DNA of 64,000 nt from Candidatus Poribacteria bacterium. GTDB taxonomy: Bacteria; Poribacteria; WGA-4E; PCPOR2b. Of the stretch, positions 51,471-61,669 are shown in pieces. The notes beneath the pieces are model-generated. The model saw only the letters and a list, made by a program, of their open reading frames with translations. It was not told where the DNA came from and searched no databases. The stretch's first letter is position 1. Every line of letters starts with the position of its first letter. Position numbers and translations under genes: made by a program. The stretch is from contig OZ244042.1 of assembly GCA_965215015.1 (NCBI GenBank), positions 3,200,001 to 3,264,000 of the forward strand. The letters run 5' to 3'.

Positions 51471-53561
51471 CTATTTGGTGTCCATCTCTTCAAGACGCCG
51501 GTCAATCTGGCGAAACTGCCAGCCCCACCGGACATTGTAAAGGAACTGCCGAAGATCGAATCGGTTATCGTCGGGCGAATAGGACTCCGCGTGATACGAC
51601 GGTGTCAGTGTCGTCATCTTATGTCGGTTCACAGAATAGTAGTAAAAGAAGCGTTTGACCTTGTCGGCAACCTCTTGAGGTGGGAGATGATTCCACTCAT
51701 GGACTAGCTTCTCAAACATGCTTACAGGGCCGCATCGATCAATCTTCCGCAGCCTGCCGAAGCGACTCAGTTCCTCGTAGGTCATTCCCATATCCACTTC
51801 ATCCTCTTGGGTATATGTCTCAGTGATGGGTTCTAATTCCGCTGTCGGCGGGGCTTCGACGACCTCCATGAGAGCGGGATATCCCAGATGTTCCGCCGCC
51901 CAGCGCAAAAACCGTCGGATGTCCGTCTTACTAATCCCGCCGATTGGGTTCAGATCGGCACTGCTGCAGTCGTATTTTGTCACATATCCTCGAAGGCTCT
52001 CATCCACGTTGGCACTGCCTAAAACCAGCAACGCCCCACGTTTGCCCCGAGTCCACGGCAACAGTTGTGCCATCAGATAAGCCAGGGTCATGCGAATGCG
52101 TGCCTGAATATTCTGCAAGGCGTTATTTTCTGCCTCCGTTCCCCCCTCTATCTTAAACTTCGGGGTTTTCCCAGTGATACTTACAAAAAGAGAGTAGAGT
52201 GCGGCAACGACTGAGTCAATATTCACATTCAGGTGGTAGGAGCCGATTTGGTCAGTCAGTCTTTTTGCGCGATCCCGCGTCGCTTTTGAACTATTTCGCG
52301 TTGCCATGTAGCAGGTGTAAAAGACCCTATTAGCAAATTCACGCGCATCGGTTGGGAGGTAGACACTATCCTCACTTTCACCAGTAATCCGCCGGGCATC
52401 TTGGAGGACCTGTTGGTTGCCCGCCTGCGCCGCCTTTGCAACCATCTGACACATCGAGCCAACGATGGTTGCTACCGACGAGCTATCCGCGCCGCCGGAG
52501 ATTGGCAAGAAATATCCCGCGCCTCCAGAACGTCTCAGGTAGTCCCAGAGCCAGCAGGCGGGACCATAAGCAATCTCTTCTTCCGGTTTATGATAGGTCA
52601 CATCAATTGGGATGGAGGGAGCATGAGAAGAATCTTCGGCGGTTAGGTCAAAATCCGCGCTGATTCGAGGCACCGGATCCGATTGGCTGGCTTGGACCAT
52701 TCGGCTGATAATTGCACCACGTTTAGAGCGCACATCCTCTAGATTAACAGTCGCTGTCACCACTTCGACCTCGTTCAGCGAGAATTGCGACCCCTGCGCC
52801 ACAACCTCTCCATTGATAGCAATCAATGCACATCCATCGAAATAGAGTCGTCCGCCATCGCATCCCTGCTGATTCGCGTAGAGGTAGACACCGCCGCTTT
52901 TCGATGTCGCATTCCGGATGAGATCCACCCGTGTATTTAGTTTGCGAAGTTCGTGATGCGATCCCGACCCATTTGTGATAATTTCGATTCCGTTCAAGCC
53001 AAGATAGATATGTGGGCTATTCGGCGCAAAAAGCTCCTCACAGGTTTCAGCGGCTAGGGCCGTATCACGCGTGGCAATCGCTGCATCACCGAAGGGAACT
53101 GTTTCTTGTCCTGTTATCTCTCGGAGCATACGCGGTAGGTAGTATTCTTCCAACTGCCGTGGACGCTGCCACGCTGCAAACCACCGGGTTTCCCGATAGT
53201 TTCCATCGGCAGCCAGAATCAGCTTGGGACGGATGAGGAGAATCTTTTCATTTAGTGCGAAGATTCGACAGTTGTACCGTACATTCTTGTGCATGACCGG
53301 CATCCCGATGTCGCACAAAATATCGGTCGTCAGATTGCCGTTGAGGATTTCGGCAAGGCACTCCCACGAGTGGAGAAAGGTATCTCCCTCCAAGAAATGG
53401 TCTTCACAACCGTAGCCCGGTATTTCGAGTTCAGGCCCAAGTCGATAGCGCGCCCCGTTTTCCTTGGCTATCTGAATTGACTCGATAATCCGCCCCAGAT
53501 TCCCCTCAAAATCGAGTGCCCATTGGGTGAGGTTGCATGTTGCCAAGGTCGTGAGTTTCAT
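51471..53561 (-). CDS. nadE: Glutamine-dependent NAD+ synthetase, eukaryotic NADSYN1/QNS1-like
   Basis: Nitrilase domain (GPELE, RPK, CEE) fused to synthetase ([35 protein letters not shown]). Confidence 0.93.
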   Translation of the reverse strand: MKLTTLATCNLTQWALDFEGNLGRIIESIQIAKENGARYRLGPELEIPGYGCEDHFLEGDTFLHSWECLAEILNGNLTTDILCDIGMPVMHKNVRYNCRIFALNEKILLIRPKLILAADGNYRETRWFAAWQRPRQLEEYYLPRMLREITGQETVPFGDAAIATRDTALAAETCEELFAPNSPHIYLGLNGIEIITNGSGSHHELRKLNTRVDLIRNATSKSGGVYLYANQQGCDGGRLYFDGCALIAINGEVVAQGSQFSLNEVEVVTATVNLEDVRSKRGAIISRMVQASQSDPVPRISADFDLTAEDSSHAPSIPIDVTYHKPEEEIAYGPACWLWDYLRRSGGAGYFLPISGGADSSSVATIVGSMCQMVAKAAQAGNQQVLQDARRITGESEDSVYLPTDAREFANRVFYTCYMATRNSSKATRDRAKRLTDQIGSYHLNVNIDSVVAALYSLFVSITGKTPKFKIEGGTEAENNALQNIQARIRMTLAYLMAQLLPWTRGKRGALLVLGSANVDESLRGYVTKYDCSSADLNPIGGISKTDIRRFLRWAAEHLGYPALMEVVEAPPTAELEPITETYTQEDEVDMGMTYEELSRFGRLRKIDRCGPVSMFEKLVHEWNHLPPQEVADKVKRFFYYYSVNRHKMTTLTPSYHAESYSPDDNRFDLRQFLYNVRWGWQFRQIDRRLEEMDTK

Positions 53562-53582
53562 GAGTTTGAACCTACTACGGTT

Positions 53583-54599
53583 TTACTCCCATGGTTTCAG
53601 GATCATCTTACTGTTCTGATGAGACGACGAAATCTCAAAAGCCCTCTGGATCTCGCTCATCGGGATAACGTGACTAACAAGCAGGTCAATTAACGGTGAT
53701 TCTTGGATGACTTTCATGATGCCCGGAAAATCGCTGAGGTTGTAGTGCCAATTGCCAATGATGGTGAGCCCCTTGCGGATAAGATCCGGACTGACGCGGA
53801 TCGGCAAATCTTGCCCACATTCTCCGACATAAGCGACCTTCCCTTTGCGCCGTGCTGCATCGATACAGAGTCGTTCCGCTTGAACGGTTCCGGAGCAGTC
53901 CAACGCGCAATCCACACCGATCCCATCTGTTAAATCCTTAATTTTCTGAACGATTTCGGGATCGCTTGGATCGAGAACTTCCGCGGCCCCCATCTGCTTC
54001 ACCCGATCAACACGCCACGGTACAGACTCCACAGCGATGACCCGCGCCCCGCGAAACCGCGCATTGACAACCGCACCAAATCCAACCGGACCGATGCCAG
54101 TAATCAGCACGGTATCATAAGCACTCAAGCCCATCGTCTGGAATGCGCCGAATGAGGGCCCCAGCGCACAGCAGGCAAGACCGGCATGTTCATAGGGCAC
54201 CCCTTCTGGAATTTTCGGCAGAATCCAAGAAGGCTTCAGGAGATATTGCGCCATCGTTGCCCGTCCTTCAGGGGCCCCGGTGAACGTTGCAAAATCGTAC
54301 GCGTTTTCGCAGTGAATGTAGTCCCCGTTGACGCACAGGTGACATTTGCCACAGGGGTACTGCGGCATCACGACCACCCGATCTCCCGCTTTGACCTTCC
54401 CCGGCTGTGCTACCTCAACGACCTCTCCTGCTGCTTCGTGTCCGAGAAATTCCGATTTGCCCCCTGACGCATAACCCTTGTATTCGGTACACATCGGTGC
54501 CGCATGAACTTTGACAACAACCCAATCCTCTTTGGGTTGCGGATCTGGAACCTCAGCAAGGCCCGCTTGGCGTTCTCCAAGTATAACTGCTTTTTTCAT
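53583..54599 (-). CDS. Zinc-binding alcohol dehydrogenase (MDR) family protein
   Basis: CTE, GHEAAGEV, CGKCHLC...C, GIGPVG. Confidence 0.92.
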   Translation of the reverse strand: MKKAVILGERQAGLAEVPDPQPKEDWVVVKVHAAPMCTEYKGYASGGKSEFLGHEAAGEVVEVAQPGKVKAGDRVVVMPQYPCGKCHLCVNGDYIHCENAYDFATFTGAPEGRATMAQYLLKPSWILPKIPEGVPYEHAGLACCALGPSFGAFQTMGLSAYDTVLITGIGPVGFGAVVNARFRGARVIAVESVPWRVDRVKQMGAAEVLDPSDPEIVQKIKDLTDGIGVDCALDCSGTVQAERLCIDAARRKGKVAYVGECGQDLPIRVSPDLIRKGLTIIGNWHYNLSDFPGIMKVIQESPLIDLLVSHVIPMSEIQRAFEISSSHQNSKMILKPWE

Positions 54600-54630
54600 T
54601 TATGGTCTCCTGAGTGTGATTATAATCACG

Positions 54631-54975
54631 ACCCCCCTCGGTCCCCCCGCAAGCAGGGGGAGGCACCTACCCCCCTCGGTCCCCTCGCAAGCAGGGGGAG
54701 AGGCACCTACCCCCCCGGTCCCCCCGCAAGCAGGGGGAGAGGCAATTACCCCCCTCGGGCCTCCCGCAAGCAGGGGGAGGCAATTACCCCCCCGGGCCTC
54801 CCGCAAGCAGGGGGAGGCAATTACCCCCCTCAGTCCCCCCGCAAGCAGGGGGAGAGGTGCCTACCTCCCTCAGTCCCTCCGCAAGCAGGGGGAGAGGTGC
54901 CTACCCCCCTCGGTCCTCCCGCAAGCAAGGGAGAGACAACTACCCCCCTCAGTCTCCCCGCGAGCAGGGGAGAGG
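54631..54975. repeat. Tandem array of nine ~38-40-bp hairpin units
   Basis: Consensus ACCCCCCTCRGTCCCCCCGCAAGCAGGGGGAGAGGCAMYT, head to tail without unique spacers. Confidence 0.9.
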
Positions 54976-55076
54976 CAGGGCCCTATGGCTTCTGTTGCAC
55001 TCATTCTTTACATAAGCGTTGGCATTATAGCAAAATTGGGGTGTCATTGCAAGCGTAAAGAAAAAACAAAAAAATC

Positions 55077-55105
55077 TTGACATCCCTTCAAACGTCTGTT
55101 ACCAT
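55077..55105 (+). promoter_or_regulatory. Sigma70 promoter of the ileS leader
   Basis: TTGACA-17 nt-TACCAT with TGn extension and an A-rich UP element. Confidence 0.75.
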
Positions 55106-55202
55106 ACTGTATTATACTCATCAACCCCTATATCAATATGTGAGACTATTTCAATCATTGACCCGATGAAAAGGGGCCTGAAAGAACGAGGAGATTCACA
55201 CT

Positions 55203-55334
55203 GTGTCATACTCACCATCAACCCCTATATCAATATGCAAGACTGAAAGCCGGAATATACGCCTTTCTATTGGAATTATTTCTATTATCATTATTATTCC
55301 GTCTTGCGATGGTGGGCTGATGCAAACGACGTAA
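55203..55334 (+). CDS. Ile-rich attenuator leader peptide (43 aa)
   Basis: GAGGAG SD, GTG start: MSYSPSTPISICKTESRNIRLSIGIISIIIIIPSCDGGLMQTT*; 8 Ile in codons 23-32. Confidence 0.8.
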   Translation: MSYSPSTPISICKTESRNIRLSIGIISIIIIIPSCDGGLMQTT

Positions 55335-55361
55335 ACTCGATTACAGCAGTCATAAAAATAT

Positions 55362-55407
55362 AAACGCCCATCATCGAAAACGATTTCGGTGGTGGGCGTT
55401 TTTGTTT
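55362..55407 (+). terminator. Attenuator terminator upstream of ileS
   Basis: AAACGCCCATCATCGAAA-ACGA-TTTCGGTGGTGGGCGTTT followed by a T-rich tail, 40 nt before the ileS ATG. Confidence 0.85.
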
Positions 55408-55447
55408 GCAGGGAAGTTTATACACGTTTCACGCATAGGAGAAAAGC

Positions 55448-58400
55448 ATGTTCAAAGCTGTAGCCAATACAGTAGACTTTATCGGCCAAGAACATCAAAT
55501 CTTAGATTTCTGGCGCGACAGCGAGGTTTTTCACAAACTCAAGAACCTGCGGCAGGATGGGCCTCGCTGGAGTTTCGTTGACGGACCAATTACTGCCAAT
55601 AACCCAATGGGTGTCCACCACGCATGGGGTCGTACGTACAAAGATCTCTTTCAGCGATTCAAAGCCATGCAAGGCTATCAGACCCGATACCAGAACGGGT
55701 TTGATTGCCAAGGACTCTGGATTGAGGTCAATGTCGAGCGCGATATGGGTTTCAAAGCCAAAAAGGACATTGAAGCCTATGGACTGGATAAATTTGTCAA
55801 CGCCTGCAAGCGGCAAGTACTCCGCCATGCAGCCACGCAGACAGAGCAATCCATACGGCTCGGCTACTGGATGAATTGGAACGATCCGGGTCTCTTGCGC
55901 GAACTAGAGAGGGAAATGGCACAGGATCCCTCACAGACCCTCACTGTGGAGGGGCCGAATGGTCCCATTACGGATACGGTTGAGCAACTTGTGGGAAGAC
56001 TCGGATTACCGGAGTTGGGGGGATCTTACTTCACGTTCTCCAATGAGAACAACTACACCATCTGGACGATGTTGAAGAAATGTTTCGACCGCGGTTGGAT
56101 CTATAAAGGTACCGATGTCATGCCGTGGTGTTCGCGGTGCGATACTGGCATCAGCCAGCATGAGATTGTCACCGACGGATACCGGGAACTCACGCATACC
56201 AGCATCTTCCTTCACTTCCCGCTGCGTAACCGCCCCGGCGAGAGCCTACTGGTCTGGACGACGACACCGTGGACGCTGACGAGCAATGTTGCAGCGGCGG
56301 TGCACCCAGATCTAATCTATGTTTTGGTGGAACAAGGCGAGCATCGTTTCTGGTTGAGCAAGGGGGCGTTAGAGAATGCCATCCGAGGGGGTTATCAGAT
56401 TCTTGCGGAGAAATCGGGCGGCGAATTGGAAGGCTGGACCTATGACGGTCCCTTCGATGAACTGCCAGCCCAACAGGCCTCTGGGGCAGTTGAGGGGCAC
56501 CGCGTTATCCTGTGGGATGAGGTTGGTGAAGCGGAGGGTACAGGGATTGTCCACACCGCACCGGGTTGTGGTGCTGAGGACTTTGAATTGAGTAAAGAAC
56601 ACAGTATCCCTGTCATCGCGCCGTTGGGAGCAGAGGGGATTTATCTCGACGGATTTGACTGGCTGACCGGACGCCAGGTTCACACGGTCGCGGAGGACAT
56701 CTTTGAAAACCTGAAACAGAAAGGGATTGTCTATCGCCTCGAAGACTACACCCACCGCTATCCGGTGTGTTGGCGCTGTGAAGAGGAGCTGGTCTTCCGC
56801 CTTGTGGACGAATGGTTCATCTCAATGGGCGACCAACTCGATAAACCGTATGAGCAGGTGACGGAGGCAGAGAAGGAACAGAATCTGCGCTACCAGATGA
56901 TGGAGGTTGTCCTCAACGAAACTAGGTGGTATCCTGCCTTTGGACTCGCTCGCGAACTCGACTGGCTGCGCAATATGCACGATTGGATGATTTCTAAGAA
57001 ACGCTACTGGGGACTGGCACTACCTATCTACGAATGCGAGGACTGCAACCATTTCCATGTGGTTGGAAGCTTGAAGGAATTGAAGAAACTTGCCGTTGAA
57101 GGTTGGGATGAATTTGAGGGACATACACCACATCGCCCTTGGATTGACGCGGTGAAGATTGCCTGCCCAGGTTGTGGGGCTGCTGTTTCCCGTATCCCGG
57201 ACGTTGGGAATCCTTGGCTGGATGCCGGTATCGTCAGCTTCAGCACGATGCAATATCGCACCGACCGCGACTACTGGCGTCAATGGTTCCCCGCTGATCT
57301 AATCAGCGAGAGTTTTCCGGGACAATTTCGGAACTGGTTCTATTCGCTGATTGCAATGAGTACGGTGATGGAACGGCGTGCCCCGTTTAAGCAAAATTTC
57401 AGTTATGCGACGTTGTTTGCAGAAGACGGACGCGCAATGCACAAATCCTGGGGAAATGCCATCTGGTTTGATGACGCCGCCGAGACGATGGGTGTGGACG
57501 TGATGCGCTGGATGTACTGCGCTGCCAAACCGGAGCAGAATCTGCTCTTTGGCTACAAGCACTCCGATGAGGTTCGTCGCCAAGTTCTCATTCCGTTCTG
57601 GAATGTGTATAGCTTTCTTGTCACTTATGCCAACGTTGATGGCTGGAAACCGGACGCGAATCTGTGGAAGGATACACCACAAAGGTCTGAAAATCTGCTT
57701 GACCGTTGGATTCTCTCCCGCCTGCAAAACACAGTCCGCTCGGTTACGGAGCGTCTGGAAGAATATTCCCCGGATGGTGCCTGCCGTGTCGTTGAATATT
57801 TTCTGGATGATCTGTCAAACTGGTATCTGCGTCGAAGTCGGCGCCGTTTCTGGAAGTCGGAAGCGGATATAGATAAGGAAGCCGCCTATCAGACGCTGTA
57901 CCAGGTTATGGTGACGACCAGTCGGCTGTTAGCACCGTTTGTCCCCTTTGTTACCGAGTCAATTTTCCAAAACTTGGTGTGTTCAGTTGATTCAGATGCC
58001 CCTGAAAGCGTCCACCTCTCCGATTACCCCGCCCTAGAGGAGGCACTGGTCGATACATCGTTGGAAGATGACATGAGGCTTGCCCGGGACTTAATCGGTT
58101 TGGGACGTGCCGCTCGGAATCATTCAGGGATCAAGACACGGCAACCGATTGGACGCATTGCGATCGGTGGAATCTCTGAGAAGCAACAAGCTGCCATCAA
58201 TCGGTTGTCCGCGCTTGTATTGGACGAGTTGAACGTCAAAGAGATCTCTTTCCACGGGGGGATTGACGAGTTCGCGACTTATACAATCAAGCCGAATTTT
58301 AAGCTGCTGGGCCCGAAATATGGGAAGAATGTCCAAGCGATTGCGAAAGCAATGTCAACGGCAAATGCACTCGATCTCAAACGGGAACTCGATGGAAACG

Positions 58401-58807
58401 GTGAATTGGAGATTCAGGCGGACGGTGTGAGTTACAGGCTAGACAGAGCGGAGGTTGATGTGCAATCGGAGAACCGGGCGGGTTACGCTGTCGAGGCAGA
58501 CGCTCACAAGTTTGTCGCCCTCTCGACGGAGTTGACACACGAACTTATCCTCGAAGGTTTCGCACGGGAGTTGGTCAACAAGATTCAGCAGATTCGGAAG
58601 GAAGCCGACTTCAATGTCTCTGACCGGATCGCGCTCAGTTTGGAATCGACGCCAATTGTCCACGAAGCGTTTGACTGTCACCGGGACTACATCACACATG
58701 AGACCTTGACGCTCCACGTCGTTGAGTCGTCAAGTGCAAATGCCTGTCTGAAATCACAGAAGGTCAACGGCGAGGATGCAACAATTGGTGTGGAGCAGGT
58801 GATTTAA
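55448..58807 (+). CDS. ileS: Isoleucine--tRNA ligase, type 2
   Basis: DGPITAN..MGVHH, WTTTPWTL, GTGIVHTAPG, DWMISKKRYWG, AMHKSWGN, type-2 C-terminus (EGFARELVNKIQQIRK) without Zn finger. Confidence 0.95.
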   Translation: MFKAVANTVDFIGQEHQILDFWRDSEVFHKLKNLRQDGPRWSFVDGPITANNPMGVHHAWGRTYKDLFQRFKAMQGYQTRYQNGFDCQGLWIEVNVERDMGFKAKKDIEAYGLDKFVNACKRQVLRHAATQTEQSIRLGYWMNWNDPGLLRELEREMAQDPSQTLTVEGPNGPITDTVEQLVGRLGLPELGGSYFTFSNENNYTIWTMLKKCFDRGWIYKGTDVMPWCSRCDTGISQHEIVTDGYRELTHTSIFLHFPLRNRPGESLLVWTTTPWTLTSNVAAAVHPDLIYVLVEQGEHRFWLSKGALENAIRGGYQILAEKSGGELEGWTYDGPFDELPAQQASGAVEGHRVILWDEVGEAEGTGIVHTAPGCGAEDFELSKEHSIPVIAPLGAEGIYLDGFDWLTGRQVHTVAEDIFENLKQKGIVYRLEDYTHRYPVCWRCEEELVFRLVDEWFISMGDQLDKPYEQVTEAEKEQNLRYQMMEVVLNETRWYPAFGLARELDWLRNMHDWMISKKRYWGLALPIYECEDCNHFHVVGSLKELKKLAVEGWDEFEGHTPHRPWIDAVKIACPGCGAAVSRIPDVGNPWLDAGIVSFSTMQYRTDRDYWRQWFPADLISESFPGQFRNWFYSLIAMSTVMERRAPFKQNFSYATLFAEDGRAMHKSWGNAIWFDDAAETMGVDVMRWMYCAAKPEQNLLFGYKHSDEVRRQVLIPFWNVYSFLVTYANVDGWKPDANLWKDTPQRSENLLDRWILSRLQNTVRSVTERLEEYSPDGACRVVEYFLDDLSNWYLRRSRRRFWKSEADIDKEAAYQTLYQVMVTTSRLLAPFVPFVTESIFQNLVCSVDSDAPESVHLSDYPALEEALVDTSLEDDMRLARDLIGLGRAARNHSGIKTRQPIGRIAIGGISEKQQAAINRLSALVLDELNVKEISFHGGIDEFATYTIKPNFKLLGPKYGKNVQAIAKAMSTANALDLKRELDGNGELEIQADGVSYRLDRAEVDVQSENRAGYAVEADAHKFVALSTELTHELILEGFARELVNKIQQIRKEADFNVSDRIALSLESTPIVHEAFDCHRDYITHETLTLHVVESSSANACLKSQKVNGEDATIGVEQVI

Positions 58808-58937
58808 GGCATCATCTTGAACGGTTACACTTTGGGCTTCAATAAGAGCAATAACTACCCGCTATATCGGTGCGCCCCATGTAACACCTTTTTGCTGTGT
58901 AGGTTGTCAATTTACCTTCCACGCAACAGGTTTATTC

Positions 58938-60581
58938 TCACTCAAGCTTTTGAAGCGACTCCTCAATATCGGCTTTGAGACTTTCATTCCCGTTCTGTTT
59001 CGCAAGTTTCAAGGCAGTTCTGAGGTCTTGCTTCCCCTCCCAAAGACGTTTCAACCCCACCTTCGCATCTCCCCGACAGTAGTATAAATAGGCATCATCG
59101 GGTTCGAGACGGATAGCTGTGTCATAATCGGTAATAGCGGCGGCATATTGCCCTAATTCCTCCTTCGCATATCCCCGGCTGTAGTAAGCATAGACATAAT
59201 CAGGTTTGAGACGGATAGCCGTGTCATAATCGGTAATAGCGGCGGCATATTGCCCTAAGTCTGTTTTTGCATATCCCCGACAGCAATAGGCATAGGCATA
59301 ATCGGGTTCGAGGCGGATAGCCGTGTCATAATCGGTAATAGCGGCGGCATATTGCCCTAAGTCTGTTTTTGCATATCCCCGACAGCAATAGGCATAGGCA
59401 TAATCGGGTTCGAGACGGATAGCTGTGTCATAATCGGTAATAGCGGCGGCATATTGCCCTAAGTACCTCTTCGCATAGCCCCGAAAGGAGTAGGCAATGG
59501 CATAATCGGGTTCGAGGCGGATAGCCGTGTCATAATCGGTAATAGCGGCGGAATGTTGACCTAAATCTGTTTTTGCATTTCCCCGGCTGTAGTAAGCCTC
59601 GGCAAAATCGGGTTTGAGGCGGATAGCCGTGTCATAATCGGTGATAGCGGCGGCATATTGCCCTAAGCTCTCCTTCGCACCCCCCCGGCTGTAGTAAGCC
59701 TCGGCAAAATCGGGTTCGAGGCGGATAGCCGTGTCATAATCGGTAATAGCGGCGGCATATTGCCCTAATTCCTCCTTCGCATCTCCCCGGCTGTAGTAAG
59801 CCTTGGCATAATCGGGTTTGAGACGGATAGCCGTGTCATAATCGGTAATAGCGGCGGCATATTGCCCTAATTCTGCTTTTGCAGCTCCCCGAAGGCAGTA
59901 GACATAGACATAGACATAATCAGGTTTGAGACGGATAGCCGTGTCATAATCGGTAATAGCGGCGGCATATTGCCCTAAGTCTGTTTTTGCATATCCCCGA
60001 CAGCAATAGGCATAGGCATAATCGGGTTTGAGACGGATTGCTGTGTCATAATCAGAGATAGCGGCGGCATATTGCCCTAAGTCTGTTTTTGCATATCCCC
60101 GACAGCAATAGGCATAGGCATAATCGGGTTTGAGACGGATTGCTGTGTCATAATCGGAGATGGCGGCGGCATATTGCCCTAATTCCTTCTTCGCATCTCC
60201 CCGGCTGTAGTAAGCCTTGGCATAATCGGGTTTGAGACGGATAGCCGTGTCATAATCAGAGATAGAGGCGGCACATTGCCCTAACTTCCCCTTCGCATAT
60301 CCCCGACAGCAGTAGGCCTCGGCATAATCGGGCTTGAGGCGGATAGCCGTGTCATAATCGGTAATAGCGGCGGAATGTTGCTCTAACCTTTCCTTCGCAA
60401 AACCCCGAGAGACATAAACATCGGCATAATCGGAGTTGAGGCGGATAGCCGTGTCATAATCAGAGATGGCGGCGGAATATTGCCCTAAGCTCTCCTTCGC
60501 ATCTCCCCGACAGCAGTAGGCCTCGGCAAAATCGGGTTTGAGACGGATTGCGATGTTCATAATCAGTATTGCGATTTTCAT
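58938..60581 (-). CDS. TPR-repeat protein, 15 intact 34-aa repeats (3' part of a frameshifted gene)
   Basis: A.AY..RG.AK..LGQ..AAI.DYDTAIRL.PD repeats; 102-bp DNA periodicity. Confidence 0.85.
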   Translation of the reverse strand: MKIAILIMNIAIRLKPDFAEAYCCRGDAKESLGQYSAAISDYDTAIRLNSDYADVYVSRGFAKERLEQHSAAITDYDTAIRLKPDYAEAYCCRGYAKGKLGQCAASISDYDTAIRLKPDYAKAYYSRGDAKKELGQYAAAISDYDTAIRLKPDYAYAYCCRGYAKTDLGQYAAAISDYDTAIRLKPDYAYAYCCRGYAKTDLGQYAAAITDYDTAIRLKPDYVYVYVYCLRGAAKAELGQYAAAITDYDTAIRLKPDYAKAYYSRGDAKEELGQYAAAITDYDTAIRLEPDFAEAYYSRGGAKESLGQYAAAITDYDTAIRLKPDFAEAYYSRGNAKTDLGQHSAAITDYDTAIRLEPDYAIAYSFRGYAKRYLGQYAAAITDYDTAIRLEPDYAYAYCCRGYAKTDLGQYAAAITDYDTAIRLEPDYAYAYCCRGYAKTDLGQYAAAITDYDTAIRLKPDYVYAYYSRGYAKEELGQYAAAITDYDTAIRLEPDDAYLYYCRGDAKVGLKRLWEGKQDLRTALKLAKQNGNESLKADIEESLQKLE

Positions 60582-60796
60582 AATCGTTGATAGCGGCGGA
60601 ATGTTGCCCTAATCCCTCCTTCGCATATCCCCCGACTAACGTAAGCATAGGCATAATCGGGTTTGAGACGGATTGCTGTGTCATAATCGGAAATTGCCCC
60701 CTGATAGTCCCCCAACCTTGATTTGTCAGTACCTCGAAGGAGGTGGGTCTTAGCAGATATGGATTGACTCTGTTGCAAAAGCTGTAATCCCTTCAA
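60460..60796 (-). pseudogene. Frameshifted 5' TPR repeats of cassette 1
   Basis: G5 instead of G4 at 60629-60633 and a short imperfect duplication at 60547-60585 break the frame. Confidence 0.8.
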
Positions 60797-61076
60797 TGGT
60801 GTATGTTATGTTCTTACCCGCCAACTTTGGGGTGCCTTGTGCTGCACCTTCGATGACGTGGTAGTTGGTAGCGATCAGGTGCTGCCGGACAAAAAAGCCG
60901 CTGCCCCGTCCGAGGGGTATACCGTTTCTATCCTGTATCTCTAAAGATACGGTAGCCGCTAGTGCTTTTTCTGCAATCTGTGGTGCGGTTTGCGCGTTGC
61001 TTGTGGGGCAGTATAGCAGCACGATCACAAGTGAAACTAGATGCAGCTGCTCTAATAATTTTTTCTGATGTTTCAT
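60750..61076 (-). pseudogene. Signal peptide plus truncated trypsin-like domain (cassette 1)
   Basis: Signal peptide, GSGFFV, ATNYHVIE; lacks the Asp and Ser motifs seen in the intact paralogue 22253-24940. Confidence 0.8.
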
Positions 61077-61142
61077 TGCATCTCCCCTTCGTAAATTCAC
61101 CTGTGTCTAAAAGATTATGTTTCTGTTTTGGATATTAATTTC

Positions 61143-61312
61143 GCATTTCAGTTTGTAGTAGGGTAATTCATTGCGCTTTCGGACGGGCGATCAATCGCCC
61201 TACTACAAACCTACGCCCTTGCTGTAGTTGCCCGATTCATTGGGCGTTGGCAATGGTGTCAGCGATGAATCGCTGAACGACAAAACTTTGAACGTTCAAC
61301 TGCGTGAGTCCT
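61143..61312. repeat. Copy of the 31215-31734 element lacking the nested MITE
   Basis: CGCATTTCAGTTTGTAGTAG...CTACTACAAACCT...GTAGTTGCCCG...TGCGTGAGTCCTA. Confidence 0.75.
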
Positions 61313-61669
61313 ACTGGTTTTCTTTTGTACGCTATTATACCCTATCCTCTAAAAGTGTTGCAACATTCTGTCTAAATCTGTATTTTAAGATTAACAGGGT
61401 TGATTCTATTCGCCCCTATTTATTATCCTGAAAATCGTTCCATCCTGAGCATCCTGATTCTGACAATTTATACCACCCTCCCTGATACCATCATTCATCC
61501 CGTTCGACAGCGACTGGTGTGGAGCAGGTGATTTAAGGCATCATCTTGAACTGTTACGCTTTGGGCTTCAATAAGAGCGGTAACTACCCGCTATATCGGT
61601 GCGAGCCACGTAACACCTTTTTGCTGTGTAGGTTGTCAATTCACCTCCCGCGCAACGGGTTTATTCTCA

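Noticed and set aside
54631-54975. CRISPR array
   Set aside because: Units are head to tail with only 5-8 nt, repeated linkers; there are no unique spacers and no cas genes.
54504-55080. Pro/Gly-rich ORFs of 184 and 189 aa
   Set aside because: They are translations of the tandem hairpin array and overlap the dehydrogenase start on the opposite strand.
55110-55447. T-box riboswitch upstream of ileS
   Set aside because: No GGTGG.ACC T-box consensus or stem I motifs were seen; the leader-peptide model explains the region.
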